64,000 nucleotides of DNA from an uncultured Chloroflexia bacterium. Lineage in GTDB: Bacteria > Chloroflexota > Limnocylindria > Limnocylindrales > CSP1-4. Where the stretch lies: assembly GCA_963712745.1 (NCBI GenBank), contig CAVQJC010000020.1, forward strand, positions 224,001 through 288,000, in the 5' to 3' direction. Positions 1 through 9,503 of the stretch are shown here, in pieces. Under the pieces are notes generated by a model, which was not told where the DNA came from, did no database searches, and saw only the letters and a list, made by a program, of their open reading frames with translations. The translations under genes were made by a program, and so were the position numbers. Positions within the stretch are counted from its first letter, which is position 1. Each line of letters opens with the position of its first letter.

Positions 1-171
1 GATGAGACGGAGGACCGGCATCTCCCGCTCGGCCCACTCGATACGGCGAACACCTTCGTCCACGAGACCGAGGTCGGCGACATCGTGGGGCGGATAGGAC
101 GCGGTCTGGCCAGTCATGGCGTCACCGGAGGTGGTCTGCATCGGGCGGTCGGGAGCGGGGCGTTCGGTCAT
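1..171 (-). CDS. ahcY: S-adenosylhomocysteine hydrolase, N-terminal part (runs off window)
   Basis: Not in the ORF track. Manual translation gives ...MTGQTASYPPHDVADLGLVDEGVRRIEWAEREMPVLRLI, the typical AhcY N-terminus. ATG at 171 overlaps the GNAT stop (ATGA); alternative ATG at 117. Confidence 0.85.
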   Translation of the reverse strand, partial: MTERPAPDRPMQTTSGDAMTGQTASYPPHDVADLGLVDEGVRRIEWAEREMPVLRLI

Positions 172-1040
172 CCATTCCTCCTGAAGTCGGAAACGAGGGC
201 CCGGATGGGCCCGACGATGCTATCCCAGAGCGACGTTTCACGGTGGATGAGCCGCTCCTCGAACTCGGTGTGCGCGTGGTAGCCCAGGGCCTCGTAGGCG
301 GCGATCGCCGGGGGGTTGTCGGCGCGCACGTTGAGCACGACGGTCTCACACGTGCGCAGCAGGTCCGCAGTGACCGCGCTGGTGACGACCTTGGCCAGGC
401 CCTGGCCACGGTACTCACGGTGCGTGTAGACGTTACCCACCGCGGCGACGCCCCACTGCGGGCTGATGACATGCGTGCCGGCGGCGGCCAACAGGCGGGT
501 CCCTCGCCGCACGCCGTAGTAGAGGCCCGCGGCCACGGCCTCCTGCGGCAGGTGGGCCGTGATGCCCAGCCCATAGAGCCGGTTGAGGTGCTGCGTGTCG
601 GCCTGGTCCAGACGAACGGCATCGCCGACGAAGGGCTTGAACGAGGCACGGTCGACGGCCATGCGCACCATCGGCGCCGGAGCGTCGGCGCGGTAGTGGT
701 CGCGGACCGCGGACACCACCTCCGCCCTGGCCCCGAGGTAGGCGATGCGTGGACGGACGACGTCGCGCAGGATGGCGCTGACCCCAGCCGGCTCGCCCAT
801 GGCGAACACCGGCTGCGGCGAGATGCCCTTGTACTCCATGACCACGGCCACCGGGGTGCGCTCGTGGAAGGCGATGCCGAAGTGGGTGCGGTCGAACTCG
901 CGGTCGTCGGTATCGGCGATGGCGTAGGCAGCGAAGATGCGGTCCTGCTCCAGGAACTGGTGGAGCAGCTCACGGTCGCGCGTCGTGCGGACCTCGAGGT
1001 GGCGCCCGGCAGCCACGCCATCCCGGGTGACGGTGGCCAT
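168..1040 (-). CDS. GNAT family N-acetyltransferase
   Basis: C-terminal part of ORF 168..2504. Own ATG at 1040 (MATVTRDG). Acetyl-CoA motifs GNVYTHREYRGQGLA and NVRADNPPAIAAYEALGY. Confidence 0.85.
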   Translation of the reverse strand: MATVTRDGVAAGRHLEVRTTRDRELLHQFLEQDRIFAAYAIADTDDREFDRTHFGIAFHERTPVAVVMEYKGISPQPVFAMGEPAGVSAILRDVVRPRIAYLGARAEVVSAVRDHYRADAPAPMVRMAVDRASFKPFVGDAVRLDQADTQHLNRLYGLGITAHLPQEAVAAGLYYGVRRGTRLLAAAGTHVISPQWGVAAVGNVYTHREYRGQGLAKVVTSAVTADLLRTCETVVLNVRADNPPAIAAYEALGYHAHTEFEERLIHRETSLWDSIVGPIRALVSDFRRNG

Positions 1041-2504
1041 CAGCGGGTCTCGCCGGGGTCGGCGGCGCCGTCCTCGGTGACGAGCAGGCCGATGTGTTCG
1101 AGCGGCACCACGTCCGCGGCCGGCACCAGTGCGTCCGCAGCCCGGACGGGCACATCCGCCAGGATAGGCGGTCAGCTCGCGGGCCGGCCGCAGCTCGACG
1201 GGGATGGCACGCCCATCGGGCGTGGACCGATCGCGGGTGGCGGCGAGACCGCTGACCATGACCAGCGGGCGCTCCATGCCAGGTCCACGCGATGCCGCGG
1301 CGGCCCCGGCGATGAGTCGGCTGCCGAGCAGTGCGCCGACGTCGCCGTTGGCAGCGATCCACTCGGCCGCGATCAGCACCGCGTCGACCGGCTCAGCATC
1401 GAATAGCCAGCCGACCGCAGCGTCGGGGATGATGCGGTGCTCGATACCGGCCTGCCGCAACTCCCAGCTGACCAGCCGCGCGCCGTCCATGAAGGGCCGG
1501 CCCTCGGTCACGAAGATGCGCAGCTCGCGGCCCGCGTCGCGCAGCGCTGACAGCGCCGCGAGTCCGGTGCCGACCAGGCCGCCGGCCAGCGCTCCCTGGC
1601 TGCCGTGGACGAGGATGGTCGCGGGGCGATCGGATGGCTGGGGCAGCGCTTGCGCGATGCCCGAGGCGATGGCGGCCTGCCAGCGCCCGATGTCCTCGGC
1701 GATGGCGTCTGCCTCCGCACGCAGCGACTGAGCCAATTCGACGCCGGGAACCGTCTCGTCGAGCTGGGCGACGGCTGCACGCATCCGTGCCATCGACCAA
1801 GCGGGCAGCCGGGCCGATGGGCGCGCCTCGACCAGTGCACGCTCGGTGCGCTGCAGCTCGATCTGGCGCTGCTCGGGCGGCTGCTCCGCACGCTCAAGGG
1901 CGGTCAGTGCCAGGCCGTAGGCGGCGACCTGGGCCATGAGCGGCCCGCCGCGGGCCACGCCCAGGCGCAGGTAGTAGGCGACGTCGCTTCCCCGCCTGGC
2001 CGAGACCTCCACCACCGATTCGGGGATGCTGCGCTGGTCAAGCAGCACCAGCTCGTCGACGGTCAGCCGGTAGGCACTGCGGAAGGCGTCCTCGGCGGCC
2101 GGCGCGGCGATGCTGACCACGGGAGCGCTGCTGCGGCCGGAGCGCGTGAACTCGGACGTGCGTCCCGGCGGCGGCTGGTCGAGCCCGAGCAGCTCGCTGG
2201 CGATGCTGCTGGAAGTGCGGCCGACCACGTCGGCCATGCCGGCGACCTGCCCCACGGCGGTGACCGCCTGCTTCCCGAACTGGAAGAAGAAGGCTCGCCG
2301 GGCGGGGTCGTGCATCCGCGGGCCCGGCTCACCGCTGGCGTCCGGGCTGGGGGCATGCGGCACTGCGGGCTCGTCCTGCGATGCACTGGGACCGTCATCC
2401 GGGACAGGCACCGGCGCAGCCTCGGCCATCTCGGCGGAGCCCTGCGGGTCGGGACCCTCAGTACCCGATGACGCTGTTGATCCGGTAGCCATCGAGGCGG
2501 TCAC
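1040..2504 (-). CDS. MtnA / eIF-2B-like protein with substituted active site and long N-terminal extension (frameshift near 1162; start uncertain)
   Basis: [42 protein letters not shown]. After a one-base correction the C-terminus reads [22 protein letters not shown]...TGA, overlapping the GNAT ATG (TGATG). Confidence 0.75.
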
Positions 2505-2979
2505 GGCCTTTGAGGAAGCCGAGCTCGACCAGGAACGAGAGGCCCACGATGTCGCCCTTGAGCTGCTTCACCAGCTCGATCGTGCCCAGGACCGTGCCGC
2601 CGGTGGCGAGCAGGTCATCGACGATGAGCACGCGCTGGCCGGGCCGGATGGCGTCGCGGTGCACCTCGAGCGTGTTCGTACCGTATTCAAGCTCGTACTC
2701 GACACTGATGGTCTCTGCCGGCAGCTTGCCCAGCTTACGGACCGGCACGAAGCCGGCTCCCAGGTGCAAGGCCATCGGCGCGCTGAAGATGAAGCCGCGC
2801 GATTCCATGCCCACCACGATATCGATCTGCTCGCCCTTGAACGGCTCGTTCATGAGCTCGATGGCCTCGCGGAAGGCCTCGGGGTCGTTGAGCAGCGTGG
2901 TGATGTCGTAGAAGAGGATCCCGGGCTTCGGGAAGTCGGGGACTTCGCGGATCTGGGCCCGAAGCGAGTCGGCGGACAC
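2458..2979 (-). CDS. apt: adenine phosphoribosyltransferase
   Basis: [37 protein letters not shown] motif [13 protein letters not shown]. Confidence 0.97.
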   Translation of the reverse strand: MSADSLRAQIREVPDFPKPGILFYDITTLLNDPEAFREAIELMNEPFKGEQIDIVVGMESRGFIFSAPMALHLGAGFVPVRKLGKLPAETISVEYELEYGTNTLEVHRDAIRPGQRVLIVDDLLATGGTVLGTIELVKQLKGDIVGLSFLVELGFLKGRDRLDGYRINSVIGY

Positions 2980-3025
2980 GGCAGGATGCTCCCGTCATCA
3001 AGGTCTGTAGTGGGTGTTCTGGAGT

Positions 3026-4182
3026 CTAGCGCACGATGTAGCCCGCTCCACGCTGTTCAGGAAGGCGTCCAGGGCGCCTCAGCCGTCCGGCCGGTCGCTC
3101 ATGGGCGCCGCCGCTCGCCTCATGCCGTGCCGCCACGATCTCGGCCATGATGGCCAGTGCAGTCTCCGCCGGGTCGCGGCCCCCCAGGTCCAGCCCGATA
3201 GGTCCGCGCAGGCGCGCCACCTGCTCGGTCGAGCCCGGCTGCGTGCAACCGCTCGCGCCTTGCCCGCTGTGTCTTGCGGCTGCCGATAGCGCCGACGTAG
3301 CGGCACTCGCGACGCAGGGCTTCGGTGATGGCCGGATCGTCGAACTTGGGATCGTGCGAGAGCACGGCCACTGCGTCGCCGGGGCCCAGCTCGATCTCGT
3401 CGGCGACCTCGTCGGGCCAGCCGATGACCAATCGGTCGACGCCCGGGAAACGCTCAGGCCTGGCGAAGGCGGGGCGGCCGTCGATGACCACGGTCTCGTA
3501 GTCGAGCTCGCGTGCGATGCGTACGAGCATCACCGCCACCTCCACCGCGCCGACCATGACGATGCGTGGCCGCACCTCGAACGCCTCCAGGAAGAGCTGG
3601 CGACCGGCCAGTTCGACGACCTCCGAGACACCTCGTGAGAGCGCCGTGCGCGCCGACTCGACCAGGGCCGCATCGGAGGCGGCGTCACCCAGCGAGCCCT
3701 CCAGCCGGCCGTCCTCGTGCACCACGAGCGAGACTTCCGGCGCTGCCGCCGGTCCCAGGGCGGAGGCCCCGATGGACGTGCGCTGGCGAGCCGTCGGGCA
3801 GGGCGGTGACCACCACTCGCCCGGCGTGGCGGTCGTGTGCCGTGGCCCGGACCGCCTCGAGCGCAGCTGCTGGGACCAGCGGCTGCACCAGCACGTCGAT
3901 GGTGCCGCCACAGGCGAGGCCGACGTCCCAGGCGTCGTCGTCGCTGATGCCGAAGCGGACGACCCGCTGCTCTCCCGTTGAGGCAGCTTTCGCCATGTGC
4001 TCCGCCGTGGCGCCCTCGACGCAACCACCACTTACCGAGCCGCTGATGCGGCCGTCCGGGGCCCACAGCATGGTCGACCCTTCACGGCGCGGCGAGGAGC
4101 CGAAGGTGCGGACGACGACGGCCCGCGAGATGTCGACCCCGTCTTGGGCCCAGGCCTCCAGGGTGCCCAGCAGCTCCCTCAT
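3026..4182 (-). CDS. XdhC/CoxI-family molybdo-hydroxylase maturation factor (two frameshifts)
   Basis: Pieces 3685..4182 (FGSSPR, GSVSGGCVEG, VGLACGG), 3120..4031 (LSHDPKFDD, YVGAIGSRK) and 3026..3220 (GPIGLDLGGRDPAETALAIMAEI). Confidence 0.88.
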
Positions 4183-5484
4183 GCCACGACCCCCACCCGC
4201 GGCACCACCGGGATGGGCGCCGCACGATGCACCCGCGGACGCCCGTTGCGATCGGGTCGCCGGCTGCGGTGGCTGGCCATCTCCGCCAGCAGCTCGCCCA
4301 GGCGGTAGAGCGAAGCCAGGTCGTTCACGGCCACGAGGTCGTCGATGAAGGGATAGGCCGCGGCCATGCCGCCTGCGAGCGGCTGGTAGTACTCGCTACC
4401 GGCCAGCGGGTCGAGCCAGATGAGTCGATGACAGCTGCGCTGGAGGCGCGCCATCTCGTGCCGCACCAGGGCCGGGTCACCGCGGTCCCAGCCGTCGGAG
4501 ACGATGATGACGACACCGCTCGAGCGCAGCGTGCGGCGGGCCCAGTCGCGGTTGAACTGCCGGAGCGAGTCCCCGATACGGGTGCCGCCAGACCAGTCGG
4601 AGACCGCGGCCGAGACATGTTCCAGCCCGGCGTCGGGATCGCGACCGGAGAGCTCGTGGGTGACCCGTGAGAGGTGGGTGCCGAACACGAAGGCTTCCGT
4701 TCGCACCGCCGACATCCGGTGCAGGGCCATGGCGAAGCGGATGAGCAGGCGGGAATGTCGCTCCATGGAGCCGGTGATGTCGCAGATGACCGTGATCGAG
4801 CGTGGGCGCATGGCCGGACGCGCCAGAGCCACTCCATGAGGTCGCCGCCGTGCTGCAGGTTGGCCCGGAACATCTGCCGCGCCGCCACCAGGCGTCCGTG
4901 GCGGTGAAGCTCCTGCCGTCGCGCCCGGCGCATCTCCAGCCGCGGCCGCACCTGGTCCACCAGCCGCTCGGCGTCGCGCAGCTCGTCAGGGCTCATGCGG
5001 TCGAACGGCTTGTGCAGGAGGCGCTCACGCTCGCTCCATGACTCGACTCACCGGTCTCGTCGGCCAGATCGCCCCCTCCGCGTCCGCGCCGCCCTCGTCA
5101 GTATCACGCCCCCGCGACCTGCCCCAGGTCCTCCCCGCCCTCACCGGCGATCCGGGCCAGCTGCTCCTGGTCCCCTGCCCCACCCTCGACGTCGATCTCC
5201 AGGTCCAGCGGCTCGATGGCCAGCTCGTAGCGCTGCCAGAAGCGCGCGAAGACCTCGTCGTAGACCGGCACCTCGTCGCGCCGGCGCACGAAGATGGCCG
5301 CGCCGGCCGCACGTACCTGCTCGCGGTCGCCGATGTCGACGAGCGTCAATGCTCGCGAGTAGTCGATGGCGGCACCGATGTCGGTGGTGATGCCGGCGGC
5401 GCGCAGGGCGCGCGTGAACAGGAGCGCGTTCCAGAAGAACGCGCCGCCGGAGACGCCGGTCACGGACGGGCTCGGCTGGTTCAT
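4179..5484 (-). CDS. CoxE-like von Willebrand factor A domain protein (frameshifted)
   Basis: N-terminal LLFTRALRAAG...VYDEVFARFW; MIDAS-like CDITGSM; DWSGGTRIG, VSDGWD, LIWLDPL. Confidence 0.85.
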
Positions 5485-5488
5485 GGGT

Positions 5489-6393
5489 TCAGGCGGCGCC
5501 GGCCGCGGTCTCCTCGAGGTAGGCGGCGGCAGTAGCGCCACGGATGGCCTGCACGTCCTCCTCGTACTTGAGCACCACGCCCAGTGTGTCGTCGACCAGC
5601 TCGGGCGTGAGCCGGCCGGCCCCGAGGGCCAGCAGAGCTGCGGCCCAGTCGATGGTCTCGGCCACGCCCGGCACCTTGGTCAGCTCGCCGGCCCGCAGCC
5701 GCTGGACGAAGGCCACGATGGCCACGGCCAGCCGCTCGGGCGTGTCGGGCACGCGGGCCAGCACGATCTCGTACTCACGCTGGGCCGCGGGGTAGTCGAT
5801 CCAGTGGTAGAGGCAGCGGCGCTTGAGTGCGTCGTGGACCTCACGCGTGCGGTTGGAGGTCAGCACCACCCGGGGCGGCTGCTCGGCGCGCACGGTCCCG
5901 ATCTCGGGGATGGTCACCTGGAAGTCGGAGAGGATCTCCAGCAGGAAGGCCTCGAACTCCTCGTCGGCGCGGTCGATCTCGTCGATGAGCAGGACCGGCG
6001 GCTGCGCCGTCGGTCGCCTCGAGCGCCTGTAGCAGGGGGCGCTTGAGCAGGAACTCGCGGCGCGAAGATGTCGTGCGCGCGGGCGTCGTCGAGCTTGCCC
6101 TGGGCCTCGAGCAGCCGGATCTCCAGCATCTGGCGGGGATAGTTCCATTCGTAGACCGCGGTGTTGACGTCGAGGCCCTCGTAGCACTGCAGCCGGATGA
6201 GACGCGTGCCCAGCACCGCCGCGAGGACCTTGGCCAGCTCGGTCTTGCCCACGCCGGCTTCGCCCTCGAGCAGGAGCGGCCGGCCCAGGCGCAGGCCAAG
6301 GAAGACGGAGGTGACGAGCGCGCGGTCGGCGACGTAGTCGTGCTCCGTGAACGCGGCCTGCAGGCCGTCGATGGTGTCAGGGTGGTCGGGCAT
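5489..6393 (-). CDS. CoxD-like MoxR AAA+ ATPase (frameshift near 6060)
   Basis: Walker A GEAGVGKT, RLQCYEGLD, Walker B LLIDEIDRAD, LTSNRTREVHDALKRRC. Confidence 0.9.
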
Positions 6394-6465
6394 GTGCCGA
6401 ATCTAGCGCGCCTGCGATTTGCTATCGTGCGCAGCGAACCCGACGCAGAACGCAAAGAGGAGCGC

Positions 6466-7223
6466 ATGAGCGAGCGATCCAGGAGCACCTGAGCCGCCCG
6501 AACCGCAGGACGAAGCCGTCCCCTCGCACGGGAAGCTGCGCCCGAGTCCGACGCCATCGTGCCCTACGGCGCTCGGCTCGACGAGATCGCCCAGGATCGT
6601 TTCGGCCGAACCGACTGGATCGAGCTGGCCGCCGCCGTCCTGCTGGCCCTGGCCACCATCGTCGCCGCCTGGTCGGCGTATCAGGCGACCCGCTGGGGTG
6701 GCGAGCAGGCCAAGGCGTCGCGGAGTGCGTTGTCAGCGAAGACCGACGCTGCCCAGCAGATGACCATCTTCGGGACACTCGCCCAGGTGGACGTCCAGTT
6801 GTGGACGCTCTGGCTTCAGCAGGAGGCTGACGAGAACGAAACGGGGGCCGCGTTCGTCGAGGAGCGCTTCCGCGACGAGTTCAAGCCTGCCTTCTACGCC
6901 TGGCTCGAGCTGTCGGCAGACGGCGAAGCGCCCGCCCGGGACCCCCTTCGACATGGCCGAGTACGCACCGGTCGCCGAGGCCGATGCGGCTCGTCTGAAC
7001 GCCGAGGCCGATGCGTTCGCCGAGACCTCAGCCAAGGCCAATCAGACCGGGCGACAACTTCGTGCTCGTCGCGGTGATCATGGCGTCGGTGCTGTTCTTT
7101 GCCGGCGTGGGCACGAAGCTCAAGGGCCGAGGCGTGCGCTTGATGATGCTCCTGTTCGCTGTCCTCCTGTTCCTCGGCGGCTTCTCGTTCATGCTGAGCA
7201 TGCCCCAGAACGTGGGCCTGTAG
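6466..7223 (+). CDS. membrane protein, DUF4337-like (several frameshifts)
   Basis: GAGGAG RBS then ATG at 6466. TM segment ELAAAVLLALATIVAAWSAYQATRWGG; C-terminal DNFVLVAVIMASVLFFAG plus a further TM (piece 7011..7223). Confidence 0.6.
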
Positions 7224-7241
7224 ACCCATGGAGATCGCCTG

Positions 7242-8399
7242 ATGGACGACTTCGGCTTCAACGAGATTATCTTCATCGGCGTGATCCTTTCGCGGCTGCT
7301 GGTGCCGCTGGCGATCATCCGCTTCCCGCTGCCCGCGATCGTCGCGTGCCTGATCATCGACGCGGTCGATCAGACCGTCTTCTCGGCCGTCGCGCCCGAG
7401 GCCGATCTGACCGGCTACCAGAACTACGACAAGGCGCTGGACATCTACTACCTGGTCATCGCCTACATCTCCACGCTGCGCAACTGGACCAACCGGTTCG
7501 CGCTCAGCGTGGCCCGCTTCCTGATCTACTACCGGCTCATCGGCGTGGCGCTCTTCGAGCTCACGGGCATCCGCGAGGTGTTGTTCATCTTCCCCAACAC
7601 GTTCGAGTACTTCTTCATCTTCTACGAGTCGGTGCGGCTGTTCTGGGACCCGCGCCGCATGAGCAACAAGCTCGTCGTCGGTGCCGCAGCCTTCATCTGG
7701 ATCTTCATCAAGCTGCCGCAGGAGTACTGGATCCACATCGCCCAGCTAGACCTCACGGATTTCGTGCAGGAGGACATCTTCGGCGTGGCCGCAGGCACAT
7801 CGTGGATCGACACCTTCGCGGCCAAGCCCTGGATCGTGGTCATCGCCGTGGTCGTCGTCGCCGCCTTGATCTACGCTGCCTACTGGATCATGAAGAACAA
7901 GCTTCCGCCGCGGGACCGTCCGCTCACCATCGACGCTGATGCCGAACCCGATCGCGAGGTCCCGGCCGAACGTCTCGATGCCGAGCGCGCACGCATGGCC
8001 CAGACATTCCTGCGCCCCGGCCTCTTCGAGAAGCTGGCCATGATCGGTCTCGTCTCGATCATCTTCGCCAAGGTCCTGGGGGTCGAGGCTGAGCCCCTGC
8101 AGTTGACCATCATCGTCTCGATCGTGGTCATCGCCAACGCCGGCCTGAGCACGCTGCTCGAGCGGCGCGGATTCGGCCCGACGGCAGCCCTGCGCCAGTT
8201 CGTCTTCACGGGCCTGCTGAACCTCGGCATCGTCGCGGTCCTCGGCCTCGTCTATCGGGTGGCCGGGACCCCCTTCGATCTCACGACCACGTTCTTCTAC
8301 CTGCTTGCTCATCACCTTGCTGGTGACGCTGTACGACCGCTACCGCCCCGAGTACGTGGCACGTTTCTCGCGAGGACGAGGAGCCGGGCGACCGCCTGA
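7242..8399 (+). CDS. polytopic membrane protein, unknown function (3' end frameshifted)
   Basis: GGAG RBS, strong high-GC codon bias, ~10 hydrophobic segments; DAVD...DKALD acidic motif pair. Confidence 0.7.
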   Translation: MDDFGFNEIIFIGVILSRLLVPLAIIRFPLPAIVACLIIDAVDQTVFSAVAPEADLTGYQNYDKALDIYYLVIAYISTLRNWTNRFALSVARFLIYYRLIGVALFELTGIREVLFIFPNTFEYFFIFYESVRLFWDPRRMSNKLVVGAAAFIWIFIKLPQEYWIHIAQLDLTDFVQEDIFGVAAGTSWIDTFAAKPWIVVIAVVVVAALIYAAYWIMKNKLPPRDRPLTIDADAEPDREVPAERLDAERARMAQTFLRPGLFEKLAMIGLVSIIFAKVLGVEAEPLQLTIIVSIVVIANAGLSTLLERRGFGPTAALRQFVFTGLLNLGIVAVLGLVYRVAGTPFDLTTTFFYLLAHHLAGDAVRPLPPRVRGTFLARTRSRATA

Positions 8400-8427
8400 A
8401 GCTCCGGCCCCTGCCACAATCGATGGC

Positions 8428-9427
8428 GTGACCGACCCAAAGTCGACCCAGGGCAACCGGAACCGACTGAACAGGCTCCGCCGCCTGACCAGGCCGAGCC
8501 GCCCGAAGAAGGGCCGCCTCAAGCGGATGCTGCTGCCCATCCTCATGCGCTACTCGCTGTTCCGGCGCGGCATCGGCATCCAGGTCGTCTACCGCAGCAC
8601 CGGCGGCGGGCTCATCGTCGGCGGGCTCGCCTACGCCGCGCTCTTCGCGCTCATCCCCACCATCATCCTGGTCATCGCCGGCGTCTTCCTGCTCATCGAC
8701 GACCCACAGTTCCGACAGGAAGCGATCGACCTCGTCAACCGGGCGTTCCCGGCGTTCTCGGGCTTCACCGACACGGCCATCGAAGGCGCCCGGGACTTCG
8801 CCACGGCCGGTGGCCTCATCGCCCTCATCGGCTTCGCCTGGGGCGCCAGCGGTCTGTACCTCAACCTCACCCGTGCCATGGAGCGCTTCTTCCCCGGGGA
8901 GCGGGTCAGCGGCGCTCTGGCACGTGTGCTGGGCGTGCTGCTGGTCGTGCTCGTCATCGTGGGCGTGCTCGCGGCGGTGTTCGTGGCCGGCGTCCTGACC
9001 GTCGTCGCACAGTCGCTCGATCTCGACGCCGAATGGCTCATCTCGGTCATCGGCGCGATCGCTCACGCTGGCCCTCGCCACCGGCCTCGTCTACGGCATC
9101 TATCGGGTCATGCCGGCCAACCCGCCCAGCGCTCACAGCGCTCGGCTGCCCGCCGTCCTGGTCGGCATCGTCATCGCGCTCATGACACTGCTCTACAGCG
9201 TCATCTCACCGTGGCTGGTCTCGGGCTTCCAGGCGTTCGGCGTGATGGCCTCGGTGTTCGTGGCGCTGGTCTGGCTGCGCTTTGTCTTCCTGGCCATGGT
9301 CTACGGCGCGGCGATGACCCGATATCGGGACTTCGTGGCCGCCGCGACCGTCATGGGCGAAGCCGAGCCGGATGCCTTCGCGACCGGCTACGCGCTGGCC
9401 GAGGAGTTGGAGCGTGGCGCCGCGTGA
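8428..9427 (+). CDS. YihY/virulence factor BrkB family membrane protein (frameshift near 9064)
   Basis: [26 protein letters not shown]...[22 protein letters not shown]. Confidence 0.75.
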
Positions 9428-9503
9428 GCTCGCGAGTGGCGCGCGAGCTCGAACGACGCAAGGCGGCCAGGCTCCGCCGGCGAGACGCGCCGCGGCAACG
9501 GGT

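Noticed and set aside
2270-2305. RRAFF as a Tat signal in the MtnA-like protein
   Set aside because: No hydrophobic h-region or cleavage site follows, the motif is far from the likely start, and the fold is cytoplasmic.
168-2504. Apparent 778-aa MtnA-GNAT fusion
   Set aside because: One extra base near 1162 shifts the frame. The alternative frame gives a normal MtnA-like C-terminus whose TGA overlaps the GNAT ATG, so these are two genes.
9426-9450. GAGCTCGCG/CGCGAGCTC hairpin as a bidirectional terminator
   Set aside because: No U tract, and the region may be the frameshifted coding end of yihY.
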